From: an uncultured virus (IMG/VR IMGVR_UViG_3300020047_006293)
Taxonomy: Duplodnaviria > Heunggongvirae > Uroviricota > Caudoviricetes
DNA: 64,000 nucleotides
Virus record (IMG/VR): IMGVR_UViG_3300020047_006293
Direction: 5' to 3' (one strand)
This document shows positions 39,810 to 49,079 of this stretch, piece after piece (position 1 is the first letter of the stretch; every line of letters starts with the position of its first letter). Position numbers and translations under genes: made by a program. The notes below the pieces were generated by a model. That model did no database searches. It was not told where the DNA came from and saw only the letters and a program-made list of their open reading frames with translations.

Positions 39810-39919
39810 TGTGAGCAGTACGGAGCGAAAGCTCTATCGCTAAACAAGCGGAGGAGCCAATTGATCTTCACCCTATATGGGTAGTTGTCCAGCCGATCAA
39901 CTCCTCCGTACTGCTCATA
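39810..39919 (+). ncRNA. Putative four-way-junction ncRNA, copy 1
   Basis: tgagcagtacgg/ccgtactgctca stem, GAGC-GAAA-GCTC hairpin; covaries with 52573-52701. Confidence 0.65.
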
Positions 39920-40013
39920 CACGCGTGCGACAGGCCCACCATTGACGGTGGGCTGATTGTTTGGTTAAATAGAGGCATACGAGGGTCTAAACTTGTATGC
40001 TTAGGAGCACTAG

Positions 40014-40040
40014 AAGACGCCTCTACCCAGGCGTCTTTTT
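40014..40040 (+). terminator. Intrinsic terminator
   Basis: aagacgcct-ctaccc-aggcgtctt followed by a T tract. Confidence 0.7.
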
Positions 40041-40160
40041 GTTGTATAATGGCAATGACGCCTACCAAGCGCGTATTACATCCGAGAGCGAGGCCGCACA
40101 ATGCGGCCTTTTGCTATATACTGAAAAATAATATGAAATATAGAGAAGGAATTTACCAAA

Positions 40161-40523
40161 ATGTCGGAGTTTGAAGGCCACTTACCAACCATGCGGCTAA
40201 AAGGTGAGGACGGTGAGTTCGACGTCACACCGGAAAATGGGGTGTTGTATCGTCACCTAGGCGAGCGAGCAATCTTTGACAATATCTTTATGGTGACTGG
40301 CCTAAAAGACGATGGCTCGCGTGAGGGTACACCAGTATTTCTCAGAGGCTTTGTAGACGACGCCACTACAGCCCAGATAACGCACTTTATGATCACGAGA
40401 GGGTACGAGTGCCACCTGAACCTTCCGGACGTCATGGAGGCGTTCGTGGATGTCCACAGCAAGTTTTTGGCGCGTGAGACTGCTGATGTTGGTGATACAG
40501 TACCCGATGATTGGCTCGCATAA
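40161..40523 (+). CDS. Hypothetical protein; homolog of 1..345
   Basis: Near-identical translation. Confidence 0.8.
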   Translation: MSEFEGHLPTMRLKGEDGEFDVTPENGVLYRHLGERAIFDNIFMVTGLKDDGSREGTPVFLRGFVDDATTAQITHFMITRGYECHLNLPDVMEAFVDVHSKFLARETADVGDTVPDDWLA

Positions 40524-41236
40524 CACATTGTTGACATAAATATAAGCAAGTGCTAAAATGACGTCGTGTAGAAATGCACCTGAATTCAGCAACTATCGAT
40601 ATGAACCCTAGCGCGCGCTAGGGTCATTTTCGTTATTGTACTTATGCCTTGTTGGTAGTATGCTGAACACATAGTCAAGCATGGACTCGCAACTTACTTG
40701 TTGGTTAGCACAATCTATCTTTAAAACTTTTGTTTTTGTAACATAAAAAACGTCTCTCACTGACCGCCGACATGCTATAACGGCGGTATTCTTTTTGTCT
40801 TGAAATAACAGTGGTATTTTTATTCCCACTAGCTGCCCCTTCCCTGTAGCTATAGTAGCTAAGGGCTAGGGTTTCGATTTACAAGTTCTAGGCAGTGAGA
40901 GTGGTTCATGTGCATTGCAGTGACCTGGTTGACGTACAGACAACCTTACGGTTGTCGCTTAGGGCTATATTATCAGAGCCAGGTATTATGCATTGAACAC
41001 GATCTACCTATCATCACTCGTGCCTACAGTTTTTTGCTAGAGCTGCGAACTAGATTATTGTAAATATTTTTGCACATTTAGACATAACTGTTATAATGAA
41101 AACAGCGTTAGAGGTCGCCCCGATGTAAAAGTCGGGGTTATTCTTTTGTCTAATTTATACCCCCTACTAGGATTTCTGCGTTAGAGATCTTTTCAGTTAC
41201 TCTACATCATAGCGCATAGCTTACTTTTGTTCAACC

Positions 41237-41300
41237 AAAACAAAATAGACCGGGTGAAAGGATTGTATACATTTGAAACGTAAGAATCCCCGGTCTATTT
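41237..41300 (-). ncRNA. Putative antisense sRNA
   Basis: Minus-strand promoter (TTTATA-17-TATAAT with extended TG, 41335-41307), 12 bp stem, U tail; loop complementary to GAAAGGATT leaders. Confidence 0.55.
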
Positions 41301-41340
41301 GTGACTATTATATCATCAGAGGTGTTTTATATAAAGACCG

Positions 41341-41369
41341 TTGACCTACTCAACCGCTTGTGCTACAAT
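41341..41369 (+). promoter_or_regulatory. Promoter with AACCGCTTGTGCTA spacer motif
   Basis: TTGACC-17-TACAAT; motif repeated at 45120-45149 and 46110-46138. Confidence 0.7.
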
Positions 41370-41395
41370 GGAAGTAAATCAACGAAAGGATTTGT

Positions 41396-41959
41396 ATGAC
41401 AAAGAAGTTGTCGGATATTGTCAAAAAGAACGAGTTAGCTAAGTTCAACAGGGCTGACGAGTTCCTTGAGTTCGTAAACCAAGAGCCACCTGCAATATTC
41501 ATTGAGAAACATCCGATGGCTAAGGGTGTAGACTATATCCCTATCGGCAACACCGAGCTTACTATGGATAAGATATTCCAGTACTGGGGAGTCGAAGTGT
41601 TGAAAACGGAAGTAATGTTTAACGCTATAGCAGTCACGGTCAGGGTGAACTATAAACACCCTATATCTGGAGAGTGGATGCACCAGGACGGAGTTGGCGC
41701 AGTAGGTGTTCAGACTGATAAAGGATTCACGGCTGCTGATCTAGCTCATATAAAGCAAGATGCCGTGATGAAAGCCTTACCAGCTGCAAAGTCGTTCGCT
41801 ATCAAGGACGCAGTTGATCACATTGGTAAGATATTTGGCCGTGACCTCAACAGAAAGAACACCTTTGACTTTACCCCCTCATACGGAACCCAAGCCGTCA
41901 AGGACGAGTTAGAGATAAAGAAAGAGAAACTAAGGAACATAGTTAGGAAACCTCAATGA
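41396..41959 (+). CDS. Rad52/Sak/ERF-like single-strand annealing protein
   Basis: YIPIG, DGVGA and KIFGRDL motifs; next to an exonuclease. Confidence 0.65.
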   Translation: MTKKLSDIVKKNELAKFNRADEFLEFVNQEPPAIFIEKHPMAKGVDYIPIGNTELTMDKIFQYWGVEVLKTEVMFNAIAVTVRVNYKHPISGEWMHQDGVGAVGVQTDKGFTAADLAHIKQDAVMKALPAAKSFAIKDAVDHIGKIFGRDLNRKNTFDFTPSYGTQAVKDELEIKKEKLRNIVRKPQ

Positions 41960-42648
41960 AAGTAATCAAAGACCTCGAACAGAACAGCGAAGAATGGTTT
42001 GACTTTAGGCGCGGTAAGATCGGCGGCTCAAAAGTTGCTGGTATAAAACCACTAAAGACAGGTAAGAAAAAGGGTATCGTAGAGGGCGCTGTTGGTGTCT
42101 GGAAGATCATCGCTGAACGTCTATCTATCGCCAAAGGAGTTGAGCTAGACCGAGATCGCGGACATCGACTCGAAGAGACGGCAATGGATAGGGTTAACGA
42201 TGAGTACGACCTAAATCTTATCAGAGGGCGTGTCTGGCAGTCCGATGTGAACGATAGCATGTACATATCACCAGACGCAGAGGAAGACAGCGACCAGCCT
42301 ACATATGCCCAGGAAGACAAGGCTTTCGACACCCACAAACACCTGGAGACTATTTACCAAGACATTCGGGCTAAGAAGCTGAACGACTATAACCCTGTAC
42401 TAAGCATCCCAAGCGATAACGTAGATCAGTTAGTTGACTACTTTGTTATTAACGAACGCCTTGAGAGACTGTACTTTACGCTTATCAATGATATGGTAGC
42501 GTTCCCTGAACTAGAGTGCTATGTAATTGTGATTGAGCGTCATCATGTTGAAGGGCTTATCCAAGAGCAGCAAGACATTCAATTGAGAGCGCTCAAAAGA
42601 GCAGATGAAATTGTAGAAGAGCTATTAAAGGAACTAGGAGTAAAGTAA
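41956..42648 (+). CDS. YqaJ-like exonuclease
   Basis: QNSEEWFDFRRGKIGGS, RGHRLE, ISPD and EDK. Confidence 0.8.
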   Translation: MKVIKDLEQNSEEWFDFRRGKIGGSKVAGIKPLKTGKKKGIVEGAVGVWKIIAERLSIAKGVELDRDRGHRLEETAMDRVNDEYDLNLIRGRVWQSDVNDSMYISPDAEEDSDQPTYAQEDKAFDTHKHLETIYQDIRAKKLNDYNPVLSIPSDNVDQLVDYFVINERLERLYFTLINDMVAFPELECYVIVIERHHVEGLIQEQQDIQLRALKRADEIVEELLKELGVK

Positions 42649-42649
42649 T

Positions 42650-43645
42650 ATGACAGACCAACTACAAGTAATACTGGACGAGCAGAATGTAGCTCAAGAA
42701 AATGCCAAACAGCTTATAGAGGCATTTGGTGCGCCATTTACCGAAGCTGGTGAGATTCTATCCACCTACAAGGACATTGCGGTTACAGATGAGAGCCAAA
42801 AAGACCTGATGGCTGAGGCGAGAGAAAAACGCCTGATACTCAAAAAGATTCGTACTGGCGTCGAAGCAAAACGTAAGGAGTTAAAAGAGAATTCACTAAG
42901 GACTGGGAAGGCGATCGATGGTGTGGCACGCTACATCAAAGAGAATATCGAACCAGCCGAGGAGTATCTAGAACTACAAGAAAAGTTTGCAGAGATAAAA
43001 GAGGCTGAACGAGCAGCTGTTGTCAAAGCAGAACGTATCGAGAGGCTTTCAAAGTATACCGATGATTTATCTGTATACAACCTAGACATCATGCAGGAAG
43101 AGACATTCGATAAGCTACTGGCTGATCTAAAAGCAGCTTATGACGCTAGAGTAGCTAAGGAAAAAGAAGAGGCAGAGGCCGTCGAAAAAGCCCGTCTAGC
43201 TGAGGTTGAACGACAGAAAGCTATCGAGGCTGAGAATGCAAAACTGAAGGCTGACGCTGAAGAGCGTGAGAAAGCACTTGAGGCTGAACGTAAAGAAGCT
43301 GCTGCAAAGCAAGCCGAGGCTGATGCTATCCGTGATAAAGAGTTGCAAGCAGAGCGTGATAAAGTTGAGGCTGAACGGAAGAAGCGTGAAGAGATCGAGG
43401 CCGAGCAAAAGGAAGCACTTGCTAAAGCTGAAGCTGAACGTCAAGCAGCAGAAGAGGCTGAACGTCAATCGCTACTCGCTCCTGATAAAGAGAAACTACT
43501 CACTTTCAGCGATGCCCTAGAGATTATCAGGAGAGAGAAGTTACCAGCTGTCAAGACAAAACAGGCACAGGATGTAGTCAATCTCATCGATGAAATGCTC
43601 ATCAAGATGCAGGGGATCATTACATCAAAGGCGAAAGACCTGTAG
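42650..43645 (+). CDS. Long coiled-coil protein (DUF1351-like recombination accessory)
   Basis: E/A/K/R-rich heptads. Confidence 0.55.
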   Translation: MTDQLQVILDEQNVAQENAKQLIEAFGAPFTEAGEILSTYKDIAVTDESQKDLMAEAREKRLILKKIRTGVEAKRKELKENSLRTGKAIDGVARYIKENIEPAEEYLELQEKFAEIKEAERAAVVKAERIERLSKYTDDLSVYNLDIMQEETFDKLLADLKAAYDARVAKEKEEAEAVEKARLAEVERQKAIEAENAKLKADAEEREKALEAERKEAAAKQAEADAIRDKELQAERDKVEAERKKREEIEAEQKEALAKAEAERQAAEEAERQSLLAPDKEKLLTFSDALEIIRREKLPAVKTKQAQDVVNLIDEMLIKMQGIITSKAKDL

Positions 43646-43648
43646 TCT

Positions 43649-44056
43649 GTGAAGTATAACCTCACAGATTCCAAAGACTTCTTTGCAGCTCGCGCCTATC
43701 TTGGCAAACTCCGAGAAAAGAAAGTCCTCATCGAACTCAAAGAAGTGAAAGCGCAGCGGAGTCTCAAGTCCAACGCCTATCTCCACCTCCTGCTGCAGAT
43801 ATGCGCTAGTGAATGGGGTTATAGCCTTGAGGAAATGAAGATCCTGTGGAAACGTCAGGCAGCAAGCATTTTTGTCTACCATAAGCACGACATTCCGTTC
43901 ACTCGTTCAAGTGCTGATCTCGATTCAAAGGAAATGGCTGACGCTATCGAGGCGCTAAAGAAGTATGCGGCAGAACAGGGGCTGGATCTACCTGATCCAG
44001 ACGACCAGGAGAAGATGGCGTATTATGAGAATCAGATAGATAAACGATATTTATGA
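43649..44056 (+). CDS. NinB-like protein
   Basis: RSLKSNAYLH and RSSADLDSKEM. Confidence 0.65.
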   Translation: MKYNLTDSKDFFAARAYLGKLREKKVLIELKEVKAQRSLKSNAYLHLLLQICASEWGYSLEEMKILWKRQAASIFVYHKHDIPFTRSSADLDSKEMADAIEALKKYAAEQGLDLPDPDDQEKMAYYENQIDKRYL

Positions 44057-44694
44057 AAATACTCAACCTCTACGCTGGTATTGGCGGCAACCGTAAACTT
44101 TGGGGTGATGAACACGAGATCACTGCTGTTGAGAGTGAACAGTATATAGCTGACGTCTATGGAGAACTCTACCCTAACGATACTGTTGTAGTTAGTGATG
44201 CCCATCAGTACATACTTGATCACTTCAAGGAGTTCGACTTTATATGGTCTAGTCCACCTTGTCCTACGCACTCAAAACTGAGTACGGGTCTTGCCGGTTG
44301 GGGTATTTATCGTTTTCCAAACATGATGTTGTATGAGGAAATTATATTTCTGCAGACTTTCTTTGAGGGAGATTGGGTTATAGAAAACGTTGTGCCATAT
44401 TATGATCCGTTGATACTCCCTGTAGCACGATTAGATCGGCATCTGTTCTGGAGCAATCGTCACATACCTAAAACATTGAGTGGTCGAAATTTCCAAGGTC
44501 AGCTAAGCAACGCTACTAAAGAGGCGCTGCAGAACTCTCACGGTATCAAGTTACCGGCTGGAACAAAGAATGCTAGAAAACTACTTAGAAACGCAGTAGA
44601 CCCTAAGCTAGGACTGCACATATTTGAAGCAGTAGCTTACCAGCGCGTGAACCCGAGTGCTGGCGATAATATGATGTTCGAGTTAGGGCTGTGA
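44053..44694 (+). CDS. Short C5-cytosine DNA methyltransferase
   Basis: ILNLYAGIGG, SPPCPTHS, ENV and LRNAV. Confidence 0.85.
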   Translation: MKILNLYAGIGGNRKLWGDEHEITAVESEQYIADVYGELYPNDTVVVSDAHQYILDHFKEFDFIWSSPPCPTHSKLSTGLAGWGIYRFPNMMLYEEIIFLQTFFEGDWVIENVVPYYDPLILPVARLDRHLFWSNRHIPKTLSGRNFQGQLSNATKEALQNSHGIKLPAGTKNARKLLRNAVDPKLGLHIFEAVAYQRVNPSAGDNMMFELGL

Positions 44695-44761
44695 CCATTG
44701 AGCGTATATGCCTCGTCTGTAACAAACCCCAAAAGAAAACTAAACGAAGAGTATCCACTAT

Positions 44762-45133
44762 ATGCAATTGCAACCTAAAAAGCCCTGTAAATGGTGCGGA
44801 GAGTTCCCCGCCCGGCACTTTGCCTACCAGTGCAGGGAAAACCCCAAAGTAAAATCCTACAGAATCCCACAAATAGGCAAAGAAACAATCGAGTATAATA
44901 AATGGCGTGACACTGTAGCAAAACCGTACTTAGATAAAAAGTATGGTCGTGTCTGCCAGGCGTGTTTTGGGGCTAGATGTGGTAACAAGCAACTAGATGT
45001 TGAACATACGAAGAGTAGAGGCGGTCACCACGAGCTAAAAAAGGTACTGAGCAACGTAACTTATATGGGTCGTTACCCCTGTCACTTTGAGAAAACTAAC
45101 AATATCAAGCACGAAAGTCTTGACAAAACATAA
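44762..45133 (+). CDS. HNH/NinG-like nuclease
   Basis: CKWC, CQAC and H...N...CH arrangement. Confidence 0.55.
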   Translation: MQLQPKKPCKWCGEFPARHFAYQCRENPKVKSYRIPQIGKETIEYNKWRDTVAKPYLDKKYGRVCQACFGARCGNKQLDVEHTKSRGGHHELKKVLSNVTYMGRYPCHFEKTNNIKHESLDKT

Positions 45134-45149
45134 CCGCTTGTGCTATACT
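45120..45149 (+). promoter_or_regulatory. Promoter with AACCGCTTGTGCTA motif
   Basis: TTGACA-18-TATACT. Confidence 0.65.
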
Positions 45150-45331
45150 TCCAGTACAGTCATGAAAGGATTGTATAAGCCTCGGGGATGTAGATAGCCC
45201 CACGCCATAAACGCTACAAGGCACGAAGCTTAGGAACACAAATCGGCTAGTCTCCGCTGGACTGGTGATGCCCACCCTTACCAGCCCAGCGGAGACTAGC
45301 CGATACATACCAACTAACAGGAGAAATCCAA

Positions 45332-45526
45332 ATGGTTAAAACACCAACAACCAAAACAACAAAAGAGCCACGAACCGTCAAACTGACAACTGTTGGCATC
45401 ACGGTACTAGTACTCGCATTCATGGCACTGTCCTTTGCGGCAGGTTGGGTAGCAAGGACTGACGACCAAATCAGAGTTTCTAGCGAAGCGTCAGCGCTCG
45501 TAGAAAAGTTAAAATCGCGGAACTAG
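45332..45526 (+). CDS. Small membrane-anchored protein; N-terminal part of a probable -1 fusion
   Basis: TM segment VGITVLVLAFMALSFAAGWVA. Confidence 0.7.
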   Translation: MVKTPTTKTTKEPRTVKLTTVGITVLVLAFMALSFAAGWVARTDDQIRVSSEASALVEKLKSRN

Positions 45527-45936
45527 ATTCAACGTCCGAACCTAGTACGAAAGTCGAGGACGTAGCACCGATTGTAAGCGTTCCAGAGCCACAACCTGAA
45601 CAGGTAGCCACTCCAGCGCCTACAATCGCATACAGCGCCCCACAAGGCGCAGGACAGTGTGAACAATGGCTCATTGCAGCCGGTGTCACCGACCTAGTGA
45701 ACGCTCGTGAGCTTATGCGCCGAGAAAACGCAGGTTGTGACCCACAGCTTTACAACCAAGGAGGCTCGAATGCCTGTGGTGTAGCTCAAGAGCTACCATG
45801 CGGCAAGTCAGGGTGTGGCAAACCACCAAACGCTGACGGAGCTTGTCAAGTACGTTGGATGGCTTCTTACGTTGCTCAACGGTACGGATCGTGGGCTAGT
45901 GCTATACAATGGCATAATGTAAACAACTGGTATTAG
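45484..45936 (+). CDS. Lytic transglycosylase-like domain in the -1 frame
   Basis: RRENAGCDP, NACGVAQELPC and YVAQRYGSW...WY; open Pro-rich linker upstream of the first start codon (45697). Confidence 0.65.
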   Translation, partial: RSVSARRKVKIAELDSTSEPSTKVEDVAPIVSVPEPQPEQVATPAPTIAYSAPQGAGQCEQWLIAAGVTDLVNARELMRRENAGCDPQLYNQGGSNACGVAQELPCGKSGCGKPPNADGACQVRWMASYVAQRYGSWASAIQWHNVNNWY

Positions 45937-46109
45937 GAGTGCAGCATGAATGACCTATCCCCAACAAACCTACTTGAAGAGTTCTCTATAGACTGGGCAG
46001 CCTTTAGCCTCAGACACCGAGTCTGGGTCGATAGGGAACAACTCTGGAAAAAGTTTATCCGATCAGTATAGTAAAAAGCCGTCTGCGGGGCGGCTTTTTA
46101 CATTCTCTC

Positions 46110-46138
46110 TTGCATGATTCAACCGCTTGTGCTACAAT
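46110..46138 (+). promoter_or_regulatory. Promoter with AACCGCTTGTGCTA motif
   Basis: TTGCAT-17-TACAAT, just after a terminator hairpin (aaaagccg...cggctttt). Confidence 0.65.
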
Positions 46139-46164
46139 GAGTACATATCAATGAAAGGATTAGT

Positions 46165-46706
46165 ATGAAAGACCTACAAATATACTGCAAGCGAGTGATA
46201 GTTGAGGCCGACAGTGCAGATAGTAACCTAGTAACGCTAGAAGGATTCGATCTTAGTGAAGTCACTTCAAATTTCACCGTAGCTGAGATACTAGACAACA
46301 TGGAACTTTCCGACATTCACGAGTACGTCACTAGCAAAGTAGAAGATGGAGAGATGGACTCATGAACCTCACCAAACTACAGAAGGTGGTCTACAATGCC
46401 TACCTCGAAGATAGCCGGGTAGTTGACGACGACGCGCTGCTACAGGCTACCGTGTGGAGTAAATACTGGGACGACCGAAAGAGCCTCTACGAAAACCTCA
46501 AGATATGTCCACGTGCCGAGAGTCTTTCACGCCGTCGCCGAGAACTTTACATCATGGGGCTTATCACCTACTCGGATTCCAAGCTCAAAGAGCGTACGGA
46601 CGCATTCAAAAACGAACGTGACATGCACAGCGACAATTGGTTCACCGCATGGATGAATGAGACAACAGGCCAACTAGAAAAACTTACAGTAAGGACAAAA
46701 CCATGA
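46165..46706 (+). CDS. Two hypothetical proteins (46165..46365 and 46362..46706)
   Basis: Coupled ORFs with RBS. Confidence 0.6.
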
Positions 46707-46897
46707 GCGGCGAACAACTCAAAAAAACCATGATAGCCAAACACGGATCAGAAGAAGCATGGCGATCATATATGCGCGAGATAGCTTCACGAGGCGGCAA
46801 GAAAACGACTGGAGCGACCGGGTTTGCCCTGATGAGCGAAGACAAGCATAAGGCGATCTCAGCTAAGGGAGGTAAGCGTGGTAAACGAAAGAAATGA
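46703..46897 (+). CDS. KGG-repeat protein
   Basis: REIASRGG, GFA and ISAKGG. Confidence 0.7.
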   Translation: MSGEQLKKTMIAKHGSEEAWRSYMREIASRGGKKTTGATGFALMSEDKHKAISAKGGKRGKRKK

Positions 46898-47117
46898 GTA
46901 AATCTAAACTAGACAAATACAAGCTGCACTTTGAACTAACCGGAAAAATGAAGGGGGTCACAAAATGAGAGACCTAGAGATTGCCCTAGACTTACTCTGT
47001 ACGATCTGTGTACTGGCTCTCGTCTTCATGATATTTGTCTCACCCTTCGTATATCTATGGGTCGAAGAGCGGGCGTACCGGAAGAACAGAGAGAAGTAGA
47101 GTAACTTAACAATTCAC

Positions 47118-47227
47118 GATAGAGCGTAGTAGTGCTGGCCATGTAGCTCAGGAGAGAGCGGTAGGTCGCACCTACGGTCGGGGACGAGTTGCAACTACAC
47201 CCCATGGCTAGCACCATGCGCTCTATC
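47118..47227 (+). ncRNA. Degenerate tRNA-like RNA within an extended stem
   Basis: GGCCATG/CATGGCT acceptor, TAGCTCAG...GAGC D arm, GTAGG/CCTAC arm, non-canonical T arm. Confidence 0.55.
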
Positions 47228-49079
47228 ACAAAGTATCAGTGGCTTTTCCAGCCATCAAAGCCCCACTTGAACGTAGTAGCTTGAATGTAACACGCTATGA
47301 AATCAACGGATATAACGTAGGATGCGACCCGATGGCTGGCGTAGCTACTGATACATAAAGCGCTGGGGAGCTGGCAGTAATGCCCGTCCTGCAGGCGTGG
47401 TTGGCTACTCGGTTCGAACCCGACTTGCTGCCAGCTCTCCCACGCTTTAACACATATACGACTCACGCATGGTAGTGAGTGGCGGAAATAGGTAGACGCT
47501 TATAAACACTAAGAAGAACGATGTATCTGACTAATTCTGACTTATGCCAAAACGTGAAATGAAGGGGTGATACTCAACTAAGTAGCGTACGGTAGCAGAT
47601 GCCTAACGTGTTTCGATGTTTCTTCATGCAGGGTGACAATACGAGTATCGGCAGGTGGCGACTGCAAGTTACGGAGGGCTTCGGCTTTTACGTAGAACAT
47701 ACGCTTCACACTCGTCAAATCCCTGCCTCACTACCATTCGCGAGCCGTATATACAACAAACTAACCAAAGGAGGGGACATGTACAGGACTACCAAAGAAA
47801 AGTCACTGACGACAAATGCTACCTGTCCGGAGTGCGGCTCTAAAACCGTGCTCTACCGTGGCGGCACTCTCACGTGCACTAACTGTGCTCATATCCTATC
47901 CTCTCCAAAAGTCAAAAAGAACAAATACAATGCCGTCCGTACTGTCGCCAAAGATGGTCTAAAACGAGACAGCAAGTTTGAAGCCTCTGTAGCAGATGAA
48001 CTCTACCTAAGAAAACAAGCCGGAGACATCAAAGACTACGAGAGCCAGTTCAAAGTAACTATCCCGATCTACAGCCATGACGGTGAAATAGTCCACACGG
48101 TTTCTCACAAGATTGATTTTAGAATTCATAAGGACGACGGAAGTTTCACACTTTATGAAGCCAAGGGAAAAGAGACGCCTGACTACATATGGCGCAGAAA
48201 GCTTCTAGAGGTCGTCTGGCTACCTGAACACCCCGACCATGAGTATGAGGTCAGGTATCAACATAACAGGAGGAGAGCACGATGAAAGAGCTTGAAGAAG
48301 TCACGTTCCCTAAGATCGTATCTGCTATAAAGCGAGGCGATTTTACCTACACTAGCCAAAAAACTATGACGGTAGACCTTCTGGATAACGTAGTAGCCAA
48401 CGACTACTCGCGTGATGGAGAAGAAGTTAAGCCAACACTTATAGCGGTCGAAGTTTCATGGAAACCACTACTATACGAAACCTTTGGCGCAGAAAGATCA
48501 GGAGATTAGTAAATGAAACTCACCGACATACTCCAACTCCTCACCATCTGGACTATAGGAGCAGGAATCATAGTTTACATAATCAAAGGCGAAATAGACT
48601 ACCAGAAGTGGACAAAGAAAACTAAGGAAGGAGACGAGTGATGAACAGCGGAAAAGAGACGACAAACTATAGGTACTTAGTGGTAGAGGAAGGTTCAATT
48701 TTGTTTTGCACTGACAGCAAGAGTCAGCTAGAAACATTCTTGCAAAGTGTGCCAGCAAATAAAGTAGCCGTATATCAAAAACGCTATGGCTCGGAATCAC
48801 TACTTTGCGAGGTTGAATATGAAGACGACAACGAAGAAGGAAAGAGCGATGTCTGATACCCCCAACCAACCAAAGACAGACTGGCTCGATAACTTTGTCA
48901 AGGACGACCTCACGTTCCTAACAGACGGGGAGAAGCAAGCCATCCGTACCCAACTCAAAGAGAGACTACTAGAACACAAAAAGACTTATATAACTGAGCT
49001 AAGGTGGAAATACTCTAGAGCGGAGGAAGCTGTCCCTATATCAGCCCTAACCCAAGTACTAGGAGAAGATGTATGAGTA
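47224..49079 (+). repeat. Direct repeat copy 2 of 6707-8562 (RNA units, DUF1064-like gene at 47779..48285, small ORFs)
   Basis: Identical translations and matching ends. Confidence 0.95.
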
